Of a stretch of 64,000 nt of DNA, positions 40,977-52,183 are shown piece by piece. This DNA is from Myxococcales bacterium (GTDB lineage Bacteria > Myxococcota_A > Polyangia > Polyangiales > Polyangiaceae). Within the stretch, counting starts at the first letter, position 1. Every line of letters starts with the position of its first letter. The stretch is from NCBI GenBank assembly GCA_043747615.1, contig JAYTOU010000091.1:64001-128000 (forward strand), written 5' to 3'. Position numbers and translations under genes: made by a program. The notes under the pieces are model-generated. The model saw only the letters and a list, made by a program, of their open reading frames with translations, ran no database searches and had not been told where the DNA came from.

Positions 40977-42929
40977 ATGACCTCGATGGTTGACCCCGAG
41001 GTTGCGCGCCTCCGCGCCGAAAACCGCCAGCTCCGTTCGGACCTGGACGAGCGGGGCCTCGCGCTCGAGTCGCAGCTCCGCGCGTTGTTCGACTTCATGC
41101 CGCAGCTCGGATGGACCGCGCAGCCGGATGGCTCTATCGATTTCTACAACCGCGGTTGGTACGAGTACACGGGCACGACGTTCGAAGAGATGAAGGGCTG
41201 GGCGTGGAAGTCGGTGCACCACGCAGAGATGCTTCCGCGCGTTATCGAACGGTGGGAGAGCTGCCTGCGGGCGGGGACGCCGTTCGAAATGGAGTTTCCG
41301 CTCCGTCGCCGCGACGGCGCGTTTCGCTGGTTTTTGACGCGCGTAAACCCTGTTCGCGATGCGGACGGCGTCATTCGGCGCTGGGTCGGCATCAACACCG
41401 ATATCGACGATCAGAGGAACCATGTCGAGCAGGAGGTCGGCCGCTTCTTTGCGATGTCGCTCGATCTCCTCTGCATCGTCGGGCTCGATGGGTTCTTCAA
41501 GCGACTGAATCCCTTGTGGTCGGCGATCCTCGGTTGGACGGATGAAGAGCTGGTGTCGAAGCCCTGGCTGGACTTCGTGCATCCCGACGACCGCGGGGCG
41601 ACCGCGGGGGCAGGCTCGCAGCTCAACGAAGGCGCCTCCGTCATTTCATTCACCAACCGCTACGTGTGCAAGGACGGCAGCTATCGCTGGCTCGAGTGGC
41701 GGGCACGACCGGACGGCGAGCGCGGCATGTTCTACGCCGCCGCGCGCGACATTACCCCGAGAAGAGAGGCGGAGGACGCTCGGGACAAGCTTCGCGAGCA
41801 GCTCATCGTCTCCGATCGCATGGCGTCCGCGGGAACTTTGGCCGCAGGAGTCGCCCACGAGATCAACAATCCGCTCGGCTACATGACGGTCAACCTCGAC
41901 ATGGTGCTCGAGGAGATCCGCGCGCTCGCCGGTGGCTCTTCTTCTGGTCGGATGAGAGAGCTTGAGGGCATGATCCTCGACGCTCGTGATGGAGCGGAGC
42001 GCGTCCGCAAAATCGTTCGAGGCATGAAGACGTTTTCTCGTGTCGACGAAGAGAGTCGCGCGGTCCTGGATGTGAAGCCGGTGATCGAGCTGTCGATCAA
42101 CATGGCCTTCAACGAGATTCGCCACCGCGCACGACTCGTGGAGGACTTCGGCGAAATCCCACTCGTTTACGCCGACGACGCTCGGCTGGCCCAAGTCTTC
42201 ATCAACCTTCTCGTCAATGCTGCCCAAGCCATTCCCGAGGGCAACGTTGACTCAAACGAGATACGGATTCGGACCTCGACGGATCCGGAGGGCCGCGCCG
42301 TCGTGGAGGTCGTCGACACGGGCCCAGGGATCCCCGACGCAGTGCTCGGTCGCATGTTCGACGCGTTCTTCACGACCAAGGCCGTCGGCGCCGGAACCGG
42401 ACTTGGGCTCTCCATCTGCCACAACATCGTCACCGGCCTCGGAGGGGACATCTCGGTGACTTCCGAGTTGGGCCGGGGAACGGCATTCCGCGTCGTGTTA
42501 CCCGCTGCCGCCGTTCAGCAGCTTCCCGGTGCCCGTGCGCTGGTAACGCCAACGGCGCCCATGACACGCCGTGGCGCAGTTTTGGTCCTCGACGACGAAC
42601 CGCCCATCCGCGTGGCGCTCGCGCGGGTGCTTGGAGATCACGAAGTCACGACCGTCGCGACGGCGATGGAAGCGCTCGCCCTGATTCGATCAGGGAAACA
42701 CTTCGACATCATCTTGTCCGATCTGATGATGCCGCAAATGACGGGCATGGATTTCTACGACGAGCTCGCGCAGAGCTCCCCCGAGGACGCGGCGAAGATC
42801 GTGTTCATCAGCGGCGGCGCGTTTACGCCTCGGGCACGTGAGTTCCTCGAGCGGGTCGCGAACGAGCGCATCGAAAAGCCCTTCGACGTGAAGACCGTGA
42901 GAGAATTGGTCCGCAACTTCCTGAAGTAA
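40977..42929 (+). CDS. Hybrid sensor kinase PAS-PAS-HisKA-HATPase-REC
   Basis: Two PAS domains, AHEINNPL, QVFINLLVNA, DTGPGI, GTGLGL, LSDLMMP. Start could be GTG 40959, ATG 40977 or ATG 40986. Confidence 0.93.
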   Translation: MTSMVDPEVARLRAENRQLRSDLDERGLALESQLRALFDFMPQLGWTAQPDGSIDFYNRGWYEYTGTTFEEMKGWAWKSVHHAEMLPRVIERWESCLRAGTPFEMEFPLRRRDGAFRWFLTRVNPVRDADGVIRRWVGINTDIDDQRNHVEQEVGRFFAMSLDLLCIVGLDGFFKRLNPLWSAILGWTDEELVSKPWLDFVHPDDRGATAGAGSQLNEGASVISFTNRYVCKDGSYRWLEWRARPDGERGMFYAAARDITPRREAEDARDKLREQLIVSDRMASAGTLAAGVAHEINNPLGYMTVNLDMVLEEIRALAGGSSSGRMRELEGMILDARDGAERVRKIVRGMKTFSRVDEESRAVLDVKPVIELSINMAFNEIRHRARLVEDFGEIPLVYADDARLAQVFINLLVNAAQAIPEGNVDSNEIRIRTSTDPEGRAVVEVVDTGPGIPDAVLGRMFDAFFTTKAVGAGTGLGLSICHNIVTGLGGDISVTSELGRGTAFRVVLPAAAVQQLPGARALVTPTAPMTRRGAVLVLDDEPPIRVALARVLGDHEVTTVATAMEALALIRSGKHFDIILSDLMMPQMTGMDFYDELAQSSPEDAAKIVFISGGAFTPRAREFLERVANERIEKPFDVKTVRELVRNFLK

Positions 42930-42932
42930 GCG

Positions 42933-45900
42933 TTAACCGGCGCGCGCTGCCTTGGCAACGGCACCAAGCACGATGCGCAGCTCGCGCCGCGCGGAGCCCG
43001 TACCGAGCTGCACGAAGGGCGACGCGACCGCAACGCCGTCCAGGGTGACCGACGAGACTCCATGGCCTGCGCCGCTCGTGTTGTCGACGACCACGTGGCA
43101 TTCCTGCGCGCCGATCTTGACCGTCGCCTCGAAGCCCGGCCAGGTCGAAGGGATAGAAGGAGCGACACGAAGTCCGCCGTTTTCTTTGCGGAGACCAAGG
43201 ATAGCTTCGACACCGAGTCGCCACATCCAGGCCGCAGCTCCCGTGTACCACGTCCAGCCGCCGCGCCCGATGAGCGGCGCTTTGCCTCCGTAGACGTCGC
43301 CCGCCAAGGCGTACGGCTCGACGCGGTAGTGATCGGCGTCTTTGGCCGAGGTCGAGTGCAAGAGCGGGTTGAGCATGCGAAAGACGCGCTCGGCGCGGAA
43401 GCCATCGCCTGCGTGGGCGTGGGCGAAGCCGAGCCACGTCGCGGCGTGCGTGTACTGACCTCCGTTTTCGCGGACGCCAGGCGGGTACGCTTTGATGTAA
43501 CCGGGATTGTGCCGGCCCCCCTCGAAGGGCGGATCAAGCACGAGGACGAGGCGCTCCTTCTCTTTCACGAGCATGTCGTCTGCAGAGCGAAGCGCCTGCG
43601 TCGCGCGGGCAGGATCCGATGCGGCGGACAGGACGGCCCACGACTGGGGAATGGAGTCGATGCGGCAGGTTCGAGCGCTGGAGGTGCCGAGCACCGTCCC
43701 ATCATCATAGAACGCCCGCTGGTACCAGGCGCCGTCCCACGCTTCTTTGTCGATGCGCGCTCCAAGTGAGCCCGCGCTCGCGCGCCACCGCGCCGCCTCC
43801 GCCCCCTCGCCGCGCCGATCACAGAGCTTCGCGAAATCCGTCATCGTGGCAGCCAAGAAGAAGCCGAGCCACACGCTCTCGCCTCGACCGAGCTTGCCCA
43901 CAAGGTTCATCCCGTCATTCCAGTCGCCCTCTCCCATGAGCGGCAGTCCGTGGGGGCCCTCGGTCAGTGCGCGCGTCAACGCGCGGCGGCAGTGATCCAT
44001 GAGCGGTGAGGCGAGCGGACTCACCGGGAACTGCGCGTACCGGTCGTGCTCGTCGGCTTGCAGCAGCGGCGCCTTCAGAAACGTCACCGGCTGATCGAGG
44101 ATCGACGTATCTCCGGTGGCTTCGACGTAGTGCGCCGTCACGAACGGCAGCCACGCCAAGTCGTCCGAGCAGCGCGTGCGTACGCCGCGGTCCGCCGGTG
44201 GGTGCCACCAGTGCAGGACGTCACCCTCTTCGAACTGGTGCGCCGCCGCGGAGAGGATTTGTGCGCGAGCGAGCTCGGGCGCGCCGTGAACCAGCGCCAT
44301 CACGTCCTGCAGTTGATCGCGGTACCCGAAGGCGCCGCTCGACTGATAGAACGCAGTGCGTCCGAGAAGGCGGGACGACAGGCACTGGTAAACAAGCCAA
44401 CGATTGAGCAAGACATCCATCGCCGGCTCTGGCGTCTTGACCTGCACGGCGCCGAGCACCGTGTCCCAGTGTTCGCCAAGCGCACGCCACGCCGCTTCCA
44501 CTGCAGCGGCAGGCCGGAAGCGACCGGCGAGCTCGACTGCGTGGGCCACGTCCCGGCCCTGACCGAGAACGAAGTGGGTGTCCTTCGACTCGCCGGGCGC
44601 AAGATCGAAGTGCGTCTGGAGAACTGCGCACGGATCGGTCCCGCTCTCGGTCGACCCCGATAGACCCCAGCGCGCAAGTGCGTCGGGTTGGGCAAGGCTA
44701 CCGCTGCGACCAAGGAACTCCGTGCGATCGAAGGTGAAGCCGTGCGGTGCGCGGTCTGCGGAGAGGAACGCCACGCGCTCTGCGAAGTCGGCGTTCCATC
44801 CGCACCTTGCCAGCAAGCACTGCGCGGAGGCATCGAGCTCGCAGGCGATGTGAGGTTGCTGCTCTTCGCGCAGCGCGCCAAGGACCCACTCGGCGTAGTA
44901 GGTCGCGGTCAACCTCCGTGGTCGCGCCAAGCGGTTGGTCAGCGTGAGCCGCACGATCTTCACTGGGGCGTCGGTTGGGACGAAGACCGTGAGTCGCTGG
45001 TGGAGACCGTGGCTCTCACGCTCGTAGATCGTGTAGCCGGCACCGTGGCGCACGATCGTATCGACGTCGAGACCAGCGGGGAGCGGGGTCGGCGACCAGA
45101 CTTGCGCCGTCTCTTCGTCGCGCACGTAGATGGCCTCCGACGGAGCATCGGTCACCGGATCGTTCCTCCACGGCGTCAGGCGGTTTTCGCCGCTGTTCCC
45201 TGCCCAGCTTGCGCCCATCGACGACTCGCTTACCAGGCACCCCGCTTCGGCGTTCGCGAGCACGTTGCACCAGGGGGCGGGCGTCGGCTTCCCGGCTCGT
45301 GCCTTGATCACGTACTCACGGCCGTCCTCGGTGAAGCCGCCGTACGGATTCTCGAAGACGAGCTTCGGCACGGCGAGGGCAACGGGCGGCTCGCCATCCG
45401 GGGGGCGCGTCGCTGCGAACGCAGGAAGCATGGGCACCGGTGGCGCGGCAACGGAGAGCAGCTCTGCGAGCGAGCCCTTCTCGCCGTCGAGCAGCACGCG
45501 CGCGGCTTGAGGGATGCGCAGCCGGTCGTCTGCAGAAAGCTGATCGATCGGGAGAATGAAAATTCCTGCTCGCTGGTTCAGCCACACGTCGGCGCCGGCG
45601 TTGATGAGTGTGCTCCTCACACTGCCAAACTCCTCGGATTGGTATCCGGTCAGCGCCTCGTCGAGGAAAACGATCTCCACCTTCGTTCCGCACGTGCGTA
45701 AGAAGCGGTACACAGCGAGGATCTCGAGAACGAGATCCGGCGGCGCACGGCTCGGCACGCGCACGGCCAAGAGCGGATAGTCACCCGAGATGCCGTGGCC
45801 CCACAGGCTGCTCTTCGACGGATGCACCGCAGAGAACGCAGGACGCGGGGCCGACAGCCCGACGCTGGGAAGCAGGAGTCTGGACACGAGCTGCATGGCC

Positions 45901-48900
45901 GGCTGAAAGAGCGCGGGCGACATCCCTTCGCGATCGAGCCGACGCGCAAGATCACGCCGTGCATCGTGCACCGCCCACCGCACGGCGTGGAGTGACCCGA
46001 AGCGACGCGCGAGATCGAGGACGGCGTCGCGCGACTTGGCGACGGCGGTCACCAAGGCGATCTCGACGCGGGCGTGGGGCGCTAGCTCGACCCGTACGGC
46101 GAGAACGAGCGCCGGGTCGAGTGGCGAGCGAACGGGTTCGACCGCGGCCGTGGTCACGTGGCACTCCGGCGTCCGCGCATCGTGACGCCGACCGACGAAC
46201 GACCTTCGATCCGTCTCCGAGCCGACCCACGTCACGGCAGGGTTGTCCCAGACCAAGCTCTGAACCATGATCGCCACGGGGTCTTCCGGGCTGCGCGTGC
46301 GGCGTGACGCGAGCAGACCGTGCTGCGCGGGGAGCGTCTCGCACTCGACAAAGAGCCTGGAGAACGCGGGTTGACGGACGGACGCCGCCGCAGACTCGAG
46401 GACAGGCTCGGCGTACGTCATCAGGGTGAGCGTTCGATGCTCGTCGGTCTCGTTGTGCAGGGTGACTTGCCTGACCTCGACGTCGTCATTCGCGCCAACG
46501 GCGATTTCGGTTCGGAGCGAGATCCCCTCGTCGCGATGATGAAACTCGACCGCGTGGGCCTGAAACACCACTTCGTCACTCGGGACACGAGCGCGGGTTG
46601 GCGCGGGCGCGGCCGACCAGAGGTGTCCACGCTCTTCATCGCGAACGTAGATCCACGTCCCGTCCTGGTCGCACGTCGCGTCGAAGCCGCCGCGCGTGAT
46701 CGCCAGACCGTTCCAGGAAGTGAAACCTGCGCCGGCGTCGGTGACCACGGTCGTGAGTCGCCCATTCCCGAGAAGCGCAACTTGCGCTGCAGCGCGATCC
46801 GGGACCCAGCCTGGCACCGCGGGCGCATCCGCGACGAGCAGGGTGGTCGACTCCCTCGCCTTGGGCGCGACGTCTTCGGCCACGCGGAGCGGCGGCAGGC
46901 GCTCGCTGAGCAGGGGCTCGCCGAGCTTCACGAGCACGTTGGAGTGAAAGCGCTCGACGAGGACGTTGTCGTTGAGCGCATTGTTTAGAGCCGCCAGGAT
47001 CATCCCTTGGTGGTGCGCCATGTGCGAGCGAACCACCGCGTAGCCTTGCGCTGTCTCGCCCGTCGTCCGCGAAACCTCGTTCGCTCGCTCCTTGTCGAAG
47101 TCTACCGCCTCGAAGAGCCCATACAATCCCCGCGCGCCGAGGCACTCCAGCGCCTCGAGGTTGTCGAGAACCTCGCGCGGTCGCATCGGCAATGCGAGCA
47201 CGCAAGCGTACGGAGCGATGACTTGATCTTCTTCCAAACCTCGCCGGAGGCCGAGGCCCGGAACGCCGAAGGAGCGGTACTGATAGTTGCGCTGTGCATC
47301 GAGGTGCGCGTAGCCCGACTCTGAGACGCCCCAGGGAGTGCCTGCGTTTTTGCCGTGCTCGATCTGCGCAGCCACCGCGAGCTCGGTGCTCTGCGAAAGC
47401 AGCGTTCGCTCCTGGCTGCGCATGAAGAGCGTCGGCATGAGGTACTCGAACATCGTTCCGCCCCACGACACGAGCGCTGCCTCGCCTTGAATGCGCGTTA
47501 CGGGGCGTCCAAGCGTGAACCAGTGCTCGGGCGGCACTTCGCTCTGCACGACGGCCAGAAAGCTCGCTATGCGCGCTTCGGAGGCCAGAAGATCGTAGTA
47601 GTTCGCGTCCAGCCGATCGGATGTGGCGTTGTAGCCGATGTGGAAAAGCTTCCGCGCAACATCGAAGAGGAACCTGAAATCGAAGCCTCCCCGCGCGTCG
47701 TCTGCGCGATCGGCCAGGGCAAGAAGCCCGTCACGAAGGGCGCCTTCGTCTCCAACCGCATCGATGTCACCGAGCAAGCTTCGGATCTGATGGCGGAAGC
47801 GTGCGAGCCAGGTCTGGAGCTCGCGGAACGTGGCCATGTCAGGATCGGCCGTCGTCTGATCGAGGACGTCGAGAAGCGCCTTTTCGAGCGCAGGTACTTC
47901 CGACGTGGAGAGCGTTTTCGCCGCGCTGTCGCTCTCGGTCGGCTTCAGATATCCACGGCCGAGCGTGAGCCGGATGTCCGCGATCGCTTTCGACGCTGGT
48001 GCGTGGGCAATGGCAAGTCGCTTGAAGCTCTCCTCGAGTAGGTCGAGCGTATCGCCGAGGCCCTGAAACCGAACCGGTCTCACTTTTGGCGCGTGCGCGG
48101 CATCGCGGCACCCCTTCGCAAGCGTGATCAACGCGGCCGCAAGGTTACCGCTGTCGACCGTAGACACGTAGCGCGGGAGCAGCGGCTCGAGGGTGCGCGT
48201 GTTGTACCAATTGAGCCAGTGACCACGGTAGCGCTCGAGTCGCGCGAGCGTTTCCATCGACTGATGAACGAGGGCGGAAAGCTCTGCGCGCCCGATGTAC
48301 CCGAGATCCCAGGCGCAGAGGTCGGCCACGAGCATGAGACCGATGTTTGTCGGCGACGTGCGGTGCGCGATGATCCCTCCGGGCTCCACCTGGAAGTTGT
48401 CCGGCGCGAGCCACTGATCCCCTGGGCCGACGAACGTTTCAAAGAAGAGCCACGTGCGGCGAGCGAGATGGCGCAGCGTGACGCGGCCCGCGGCTGAGAG
48501 CTCTTTCTTGTGAACATCCGGAGCGCTGACCCAGCGGGCGATCTCCGGCGAGACGAGCCACAGAACGAGGACGGGAGCGGCGAACGGCAGCGCATCGGGA
48601 TGCCAGGCGCCGAGGAGCGCGCCCAGGCACGACGTGAAGATAACGACCGGCCCCATGTCCCGCCAGAACAGCCCTCGTGATCCAGCGGCAAACGCGCGCT
48701 CGGTGGCGTCGGCGGTCACCCACTGAAGCAAGTTCTTCTTCGTGATCGCCATACGCACGACCGCGCGCACGATGGCGTCGGTCGCGATCCACGCTTCGTG
48801 CGGGAGAAACGCGACGCTGAGCGCGGACCGCTCGAAAGTCTGTCGGAAGTTGCCATCAAGAAACGCAGGCGCACATAGCAGCAGTGGGACGAGCAGCGGC

Positions 48901-51104
48901 GCGAGGACCAACGCCGAGACTGGGCTCGGAGGGAAGATCCATCCCAAGAAAAAGAGCAGGAGCAGCGAAGGCGCGAGGAGGCTGCGTCTCAGGTTGTCGC
49001 AGATTTTCCAGCGATCGATGACACTCAGGCGGTTCGGCAAACGGGCCCCGCTCGAGGACGGGACGCGCGGCAAGAGCCACGGCAAGAGTTGCCAGTCCCC
49101 GCGAATCCAGCGGTGGGTGCGGCGCGCAGCGGACAAATAGTTTTGCGGGTACTGCTCGAAGACCACGATGTCGGAAGCGAGTGCGGCCCTCCCGTGGATC
49201 CCTTCGAACAGATCGTGGCTGGCAAGGGCGTTCGACGGAACCTTTCCTTCGACGCTCTCCATGAAGGCGTCTACGTCGTAGATCCCTTTTCCGACGTACG
49301 CTCCGGAGCCGAAGAGGTCCTGGTACACCTCGGAGCTCGCGTGCGTGTAGATGTCGAGCGCGGTGTCGCCGCACCAGATTCGGCTGAAGAGCGACGTCGC
49401 GCCCTCCACGGGGGACGACTCGACGCGCGGTTGGGCAACCGTGTACCCCGAGACGATGCGGCCCGTTCGAGGATCGCGCCGCGCGGAGTTGAGAGGATGC
49501 GCGAGGAGACCGATGAGCCTCCGGGCCGTCCGCAGGGGCAGCCGCGTGTCGGCGTCGAGGGTGATGACGAAACGAACGCCTTCCAGGCCCGCGGGATCAC
49601 CCAGTCGATATTTGAAGCTCGTCGCCTCGTCGCCCCGCAGCAGCCGATTGAACTCTTCGAGCTTGCCGCGTTTTCTCTCCCATCCCATGAACCGGTTCTC
49701 TCCCTCGTTCCAGCGGGATTCCCTGTGGAGGACGTGAAACGGGCCGCGTGGGAGAGACGAATATTTCGCGTTGAGGTCGCGGACGAGGCCTCCGGCGTAC
49801 GCGAGAAGGTCCGCGTCGTCGGGGAGCTTCGACGCGTCGGTGTGATCGGTAAGAAGCACGAACGCGAGCGATGGATCGGGACAGGAGAGATAATGAAGCT
49901 CGAGGTTCGCGAGCAGGCGATCGAAGTCCTCGCGACTCGCCGCGAGAGCCGGAATGACGAGCGCCGTTCGGCATTCGGGCGGCACCCCTTCTGCGAAATC
50001 GAGCTTGGCGAGCAGGCGCGGGACCATCACCCGATTCACCCACCAGTTGGTCTTCGCTACGGCGATCGACACGATCGGAACGGAAAGAATCACCAGACCG
50101 AGCGCGATACCAGCCGGCTTGAATACGTGGGCAACGAAGGCCGCGGCGAGCGCGAGGAGCAGGCCCGACGACAGACCGATGCTCCCGAGGTACGCCAGCG
50201 TCGGGTGCGCGCGCAGCACGTCACGAACGCGGTCGAGTCCGTGAGCGTGGTATCCGATGCGCTCCTTGAGCTTCCCCTGGCCGCGATCGAGCAAGTAGTA
50301 GCCGACGTGCGCCTCGCGTGGGTCGCCCCCTGCGGCGAGCCCCTCTGCGGCAAGAGCGAGGGCGATGCGCGCGACCTCCAGCTCCGGCATTCCGGTGTCC
50401 CACGCCAGCGATTCTACCTCTTTGCGGTAGACGTCGCGCGCTTCGAATTCCATCCGCACGTAGGTGCCCGACGGATCGTCGCGGAGCGCGGCTTCCACGG
50501 CGCTTGTGCGCTGAACGAACGCACGCCAATCCACCTCGGCCAGAAGCCGAAGCGCCCGGACCGCGCGCTCGACGACTACGTTGGACGCGAGCCCTTCCCA
50601 CGTCGTTTTCTTGGACTGCAGCGGCGCGAAGAACGTATCGAGCGTGCGCACCAGCGGCTGGATCGTCGCAATCCGGAGCATTGCGGGAAGCGCCCAGAGC
50701 TCGGCGATCGTGAGCGAGGCTTCGGTTTGGTAGGCGTCGATGAAAGCGACCAGCGTTGCCCCATCGAAATCGAGAGCCGTAGCTTCAACGAACGCGTGAG
50801 CGATGGAGAGCACCCGCGGGACCGAGTCCTCGCCGACGTAGGGGAGGCGCCGGCGGAACCCTCGCGGCATCTCCGTCGCAATCTGCCTTAGCGCGCGCGA
50901 GACGAGATAGTGATTGTCGAGGAACCACTCCGCCGCTTTCTGGAAGAGCGGGTCCTCGGGTCTCGGCATTCGAAATTCTTGCGTCGCACGCGCGATCGAT
51001 GCGGCCAGCGCGCGCGGCTCCAAAAGCGGAACCGAACGTGCTCGGGGTCGGCGGAGCGGCCGATGCGCAGTGGCGAGTTCGGCCGCGCGTTTCTCGAGAC
51101 TCAA
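42933..51104 (-). CDS. ndvB: Cyclic beta-1,2-glucan synthase (GT84 + glycoamylase-like + GH94 phosphorylase)
   Basis: 2723 aa. EWFLDNHY, GWERKRGKLEE, ITLDADT, GKGIYDVDAF, SHDLFEG, RWIRGDWQ, RTSPTNIGL, YDLLASEAR, YQSSGAFGYRDQLQD, GDWNDGMN, RENGGQYTH, GWTWYTG. Confidence 0.95.
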   Translation of the reverse strand: MSLEKRAAELATAHRPLRRPRARSVPLLEPRALAASIARATQEFRMPRPEDPLFQKAAEWFLDNHYLVSRALRQIATEMPRGFRRRLPYVGEDSVPRVLSIAHAFVEATALDFDGATLVAFIDAYQTEASLTIAELWALPAMLRIATIQPLVRTLDTFFAPLQSKKTTWEGLASNVVVERAVRALRLLAEVDWRAFVQRTSAVEAALRDDPSGTYVRMEFEARDVYRKEVESLAWDTGMPELEVARIALALAAEGLAAGGDPREAHVGYYLLDRGQGKLKERIGYHAHGLDRVRDVLRAHPTLAYLGSIGLSSGLLLALAAAFVAHVFKPAGIALGLVILSVPIVSIAVAKTNWWVNRVMVPRLLAKLDFAEGVPPECRTALVIPALAASREDFDRLLANLELHYLSCPDPSLAFVLLTDHTDASKLPDDADLLAYAGGLVRDLNAKYSSLPRGPFHVLHRESRWNEGENRFMGWERKRGKLEEFNRLLRGDEATSFKYRLGDPAGLEGVRFVITLDADTRLPLRTARRLIGLLAHPLNSARRDPRTGRIVSGYTVAQPRVESSPVEGATSLFSRIWCGDTALDIYTHASSEVYQDLFGSGAYVGKGIYDVDAFMESVEGKVPSNALASHDLFEGIHGRAALASDIVVFEQYPQNYLSAARRTHRWIRGDWQLLPWLLPRVPSSSGARLPNRLSVIDRWKICDNLRRSLLAPSLLLLFFLGWIFPPSPVSALVLAPLLVPLLLCAPAFLDGNFRQTFERSALSVAFLPHEAWIATDAIVRAVVRMAITKKNLLQWVTADATERAFAAGSRGLFWRDMGPVVIFTSCLGALLGAWHPDALPFAAPVLVLWLVSPEIARWVSAPDVHKKELSAAGRVTLRHLARRTWLFFETFVGPGDQWLAPDNFQVEPGGIIAHRTSPTNIGLMLVADLCAWDLGYIGRAELSALVHQSMETLARLERYRGHWLNWYNTRTLEPLLPRYVSTVDSGNLAAALITLAKGCRDAAHAPKVRPVRFQGLGDTLDLLEESFKRLAIAHAPASKAIADIRLTLGRGYLKPTESDSAAKTLSTSEVPALEKALLDVLDQTTADPDMATFRELQTWLARFRHQIRSLLGDIDAVGDEGALRDGLLALADRADDARGGFDFRFLFDVARKLFHIGYNATSDRLDANYYDLLASEARIASFLAVVQSEVPPEHWFTLGRPVTRIQGEAALVSWGGTMFEYLMPTLFMRSQERTLLSQSTELAVAAQIEHGKNAGTPWGVSESGYAHLDAQRNYQYRSFGVPGLGLRRGLEEDQVIAPYACVLALPMRPREVLDNLEALECLGARGLYGLFEAVDFDKERANEVSRTTGETAQGYAVVRSHMAHHQGMILAALNNALNDNVLVERFHSNVLVKLGEPLLSERLPPLRVAEDVAPKARESTTLLVADAPAVPGWVPDRAAAQVALLGNGRLTTVVTDAGAGFTSWNGLAITRGGFDATCDQDGTWIYVRDEERGHLWSAAPAPTRARVPSDEVVFQAHAVEFHHRDEGISLRTEIAVGANDDVEVRQVTLHNETDEHRTLTLMTYAEPVLESAAASVRQPAFSRLFVECETLPAQHGLLASRRTRSPEDPVAIMVQSLVWDNPAVTWVGSETDRRSFVGRRHDARTPECHVTTAAVEPVRSPLDPALVLAVRVELAPHARVEIALVTAVAKSRDAVLDLARRFGSLHAVRWAVHDARRDLARRLDREGMSPALFQPAMQLVSRLLLPSVGLSAPRPAFSAVHPSKSSLWGHGISGDYPLLAVRVPSRAPPDLVLEILAVYRFLRTCGTKVEIVFLDEALTGYQSEEFGSVRSTLINAGADVWLNQRAGIFILPIDQLSADDRLRIPQAARVLLDGEKGSLAELLSVAAPPVPMLPAFAATRPPDGEPPVALAVPKLVFENPYGGFTEDGREYVIKARAGKPTPAPWCNVLANAEAGCLVSESSMGASWAGNSGENRLTPWRNDPVTDAPSEAIYVRDEETAQVWSPTPLPAGLDVDTIVRHGAGYTIYERESHGLHQRLTVFVPTDAPVKIVRLTLTNRLARPRRLTATYYAEWVLGALREEQQPHIACELDASAQCLLARCGWNADFAERVAFLSADRAPHGFTFDRTEFLGRSGSLAQPDALARWGLSGSTESGTDPCAVLQTHFDLAPGESKDTHFVLGQGRDVAHAVELAGRFRPAAAVEAAWRALGEHWDTVLGAVQVKTPEPAMDVLLNRWLVYQCLSSRLLGRTAFYQSSGAFGYRDQLQDVMALVHGAPELARAQILSAAAHQFEEGDVLHWWHPPADRGVRTRCSDDLAWLPFVTAHYVEATGDTSILDQPVTFLKAPLLQADEHDRYAQFPVSPLASPLMDHCRRALTRALTEGPHGLPLMGEGDWNDGMNLVGKLGRGESVWLGFFLAATMTDFAKLCDRRGEGAEAARWRASAGSLGARIDKEAWDGAWYQRAFYDDGTVLGTSSARTCRIDSIPQSWAVLSAASDPARATQALRSADDMLVKEKERLVLVLDPPFEGGRHNPGYIKAYPPGVRENGGQYTHAATWLGFAHAHAGDGFRAERVFRMLNPLLHSTSAKDADHYRVEPYALAGDVYGGKAPLIGRGGWTWYTGAAAWMWRLGVEAILGLRKENGGLRVAPSIPSTWPGFEATVKIGAQECHVVVDNTSGAGHGVSSVTLDGVAVASPFVQLGTGSARRELRIVLGAVAKAARAG

Positions 51105-52168
51105 TCCCTCTCCGGGGGACGGCCCGACGGCGAGACGCGTACGCTTTGGACCGGCGCCTGCCCGAGGTGTGCACGAGGCATGTCCTGGAAGACGAAGATC
51201 GGCAGCTGCGTGTGCGCAAGGAGGTACGACGCGACGCTCCCGAAGGCGCGCTCCATGTTGCAGGTGCTTCCGTGCGCGGTGAGGACGATCAGATCCGCCG
51301 CTTGCTCTGCGCAGATATCGAGCAAGGCCTGTCGGTCTTCGGTCCGGCGCACGACCATCGTGGTCACCGAAGGAACGTGGGGAAGGAGGCGAGCCCGGAT
51401 TCGCGGAAGGTATCCTTCTGCGTTCGCTTGCACGCGGGAGGCGAGCGACTGCGCAAGCCGCATGTCGTCGGGATCCGAAAGAACGGCCGTCGTCGTCGGG
51501 TCGGTAACGACATGCACCAAGACCACTTCGGACGAATGAAAGCGCGCGAGCTCCGCGACGAGCGGCAGGACGGATTCGCTACGCAGCGAGCCGTCGAGAG
51601 CCACGACGATGCGCTTCGGGGGAATGCGGCCGGGCGACATCGCCGGACACAGGAGGACGGATCCGCCCGCCAAGCTGAGAACGTGCTGCGCGACGCTTCC
51701 AAGGCCGGATGCGCTCCTACCGCCTTCGCCGTGGCTCGACAGAACCGTCAAATCGACGGCCATTTCGCGCGCCGTGGCCAGGATCTGATCGGCGGGGTAA
51801 CCCTGCATGAGCCGCGTCGCCGTCCCCTGCGGTGCACCTCCGAGCGAGGCCTTCGCTTGGGTCAAGTACTGGTCTGCCTCTCGCTTCGCAAGCTCCCATT
51901 CGAGAGCGTCCGCGCGGACCGATTCCTGCGCGCCCGGGGGCGAGGGGATCACATGCAAGAGAGTAACTTTCGACGCGAACGCCTCTGCGAAGAAGCGCGT
52001 GTACGGGAGACATCCGTCGGCCAACACAGAGCGATCGAGGCAAACGAGAATATGCCCAATCGCGGTGACGGCCGCATCGGGATCGCTGCCCGGTCGCGCG
52101 CGCTTGGAGGACGCAGGCGTCGGTACCTTGGCTAGATTGCTCGTGGTTACTTGGGCTAGATTGCTCAT
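51101..52168 (-). CDS. Tandem-domain universal stress protein
   Basis: HILVCLDRS...SSHGEGG..GLGSVA and RIVVALDGS...TAHGS..AFGSVA. Stop overlaps the cgs TTG start (TTGA). Confidence 0.92.
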   Translation of the reverse strand: MSNLAQVTTSNLAKVPTPASSKRARPGSDPDAAVTAIGHILVCLDRSVLADGCLPYTRFFAEAFASKVTLLHVIPSPPGAQESVRADALEWELAKREADQYLTQAKASLGGAPQGTATRLMQGYPADQILATAREMAVDLTVLSSHGEGGRSASGLGSVAQHVLSLAGGSVLLCPAMSPGRIPPKRIVVALDGSLRSESVLPLVAELARFHSSEVVLVHVVTDPTTTAVLSDPDDMRLAQSLASRVQANAEGYLPRIRARLLPHVPSVTTMVVRRTEDRQALLDICAEQAADLIVLTAHGSTCNMERAFGSVASYLLAHTQLPIFVFQDMPRAHLGQAPVQSVRVSPSGRPPERD

Positions 52169-52183
52169 GGCGTAGGGCGCTAG

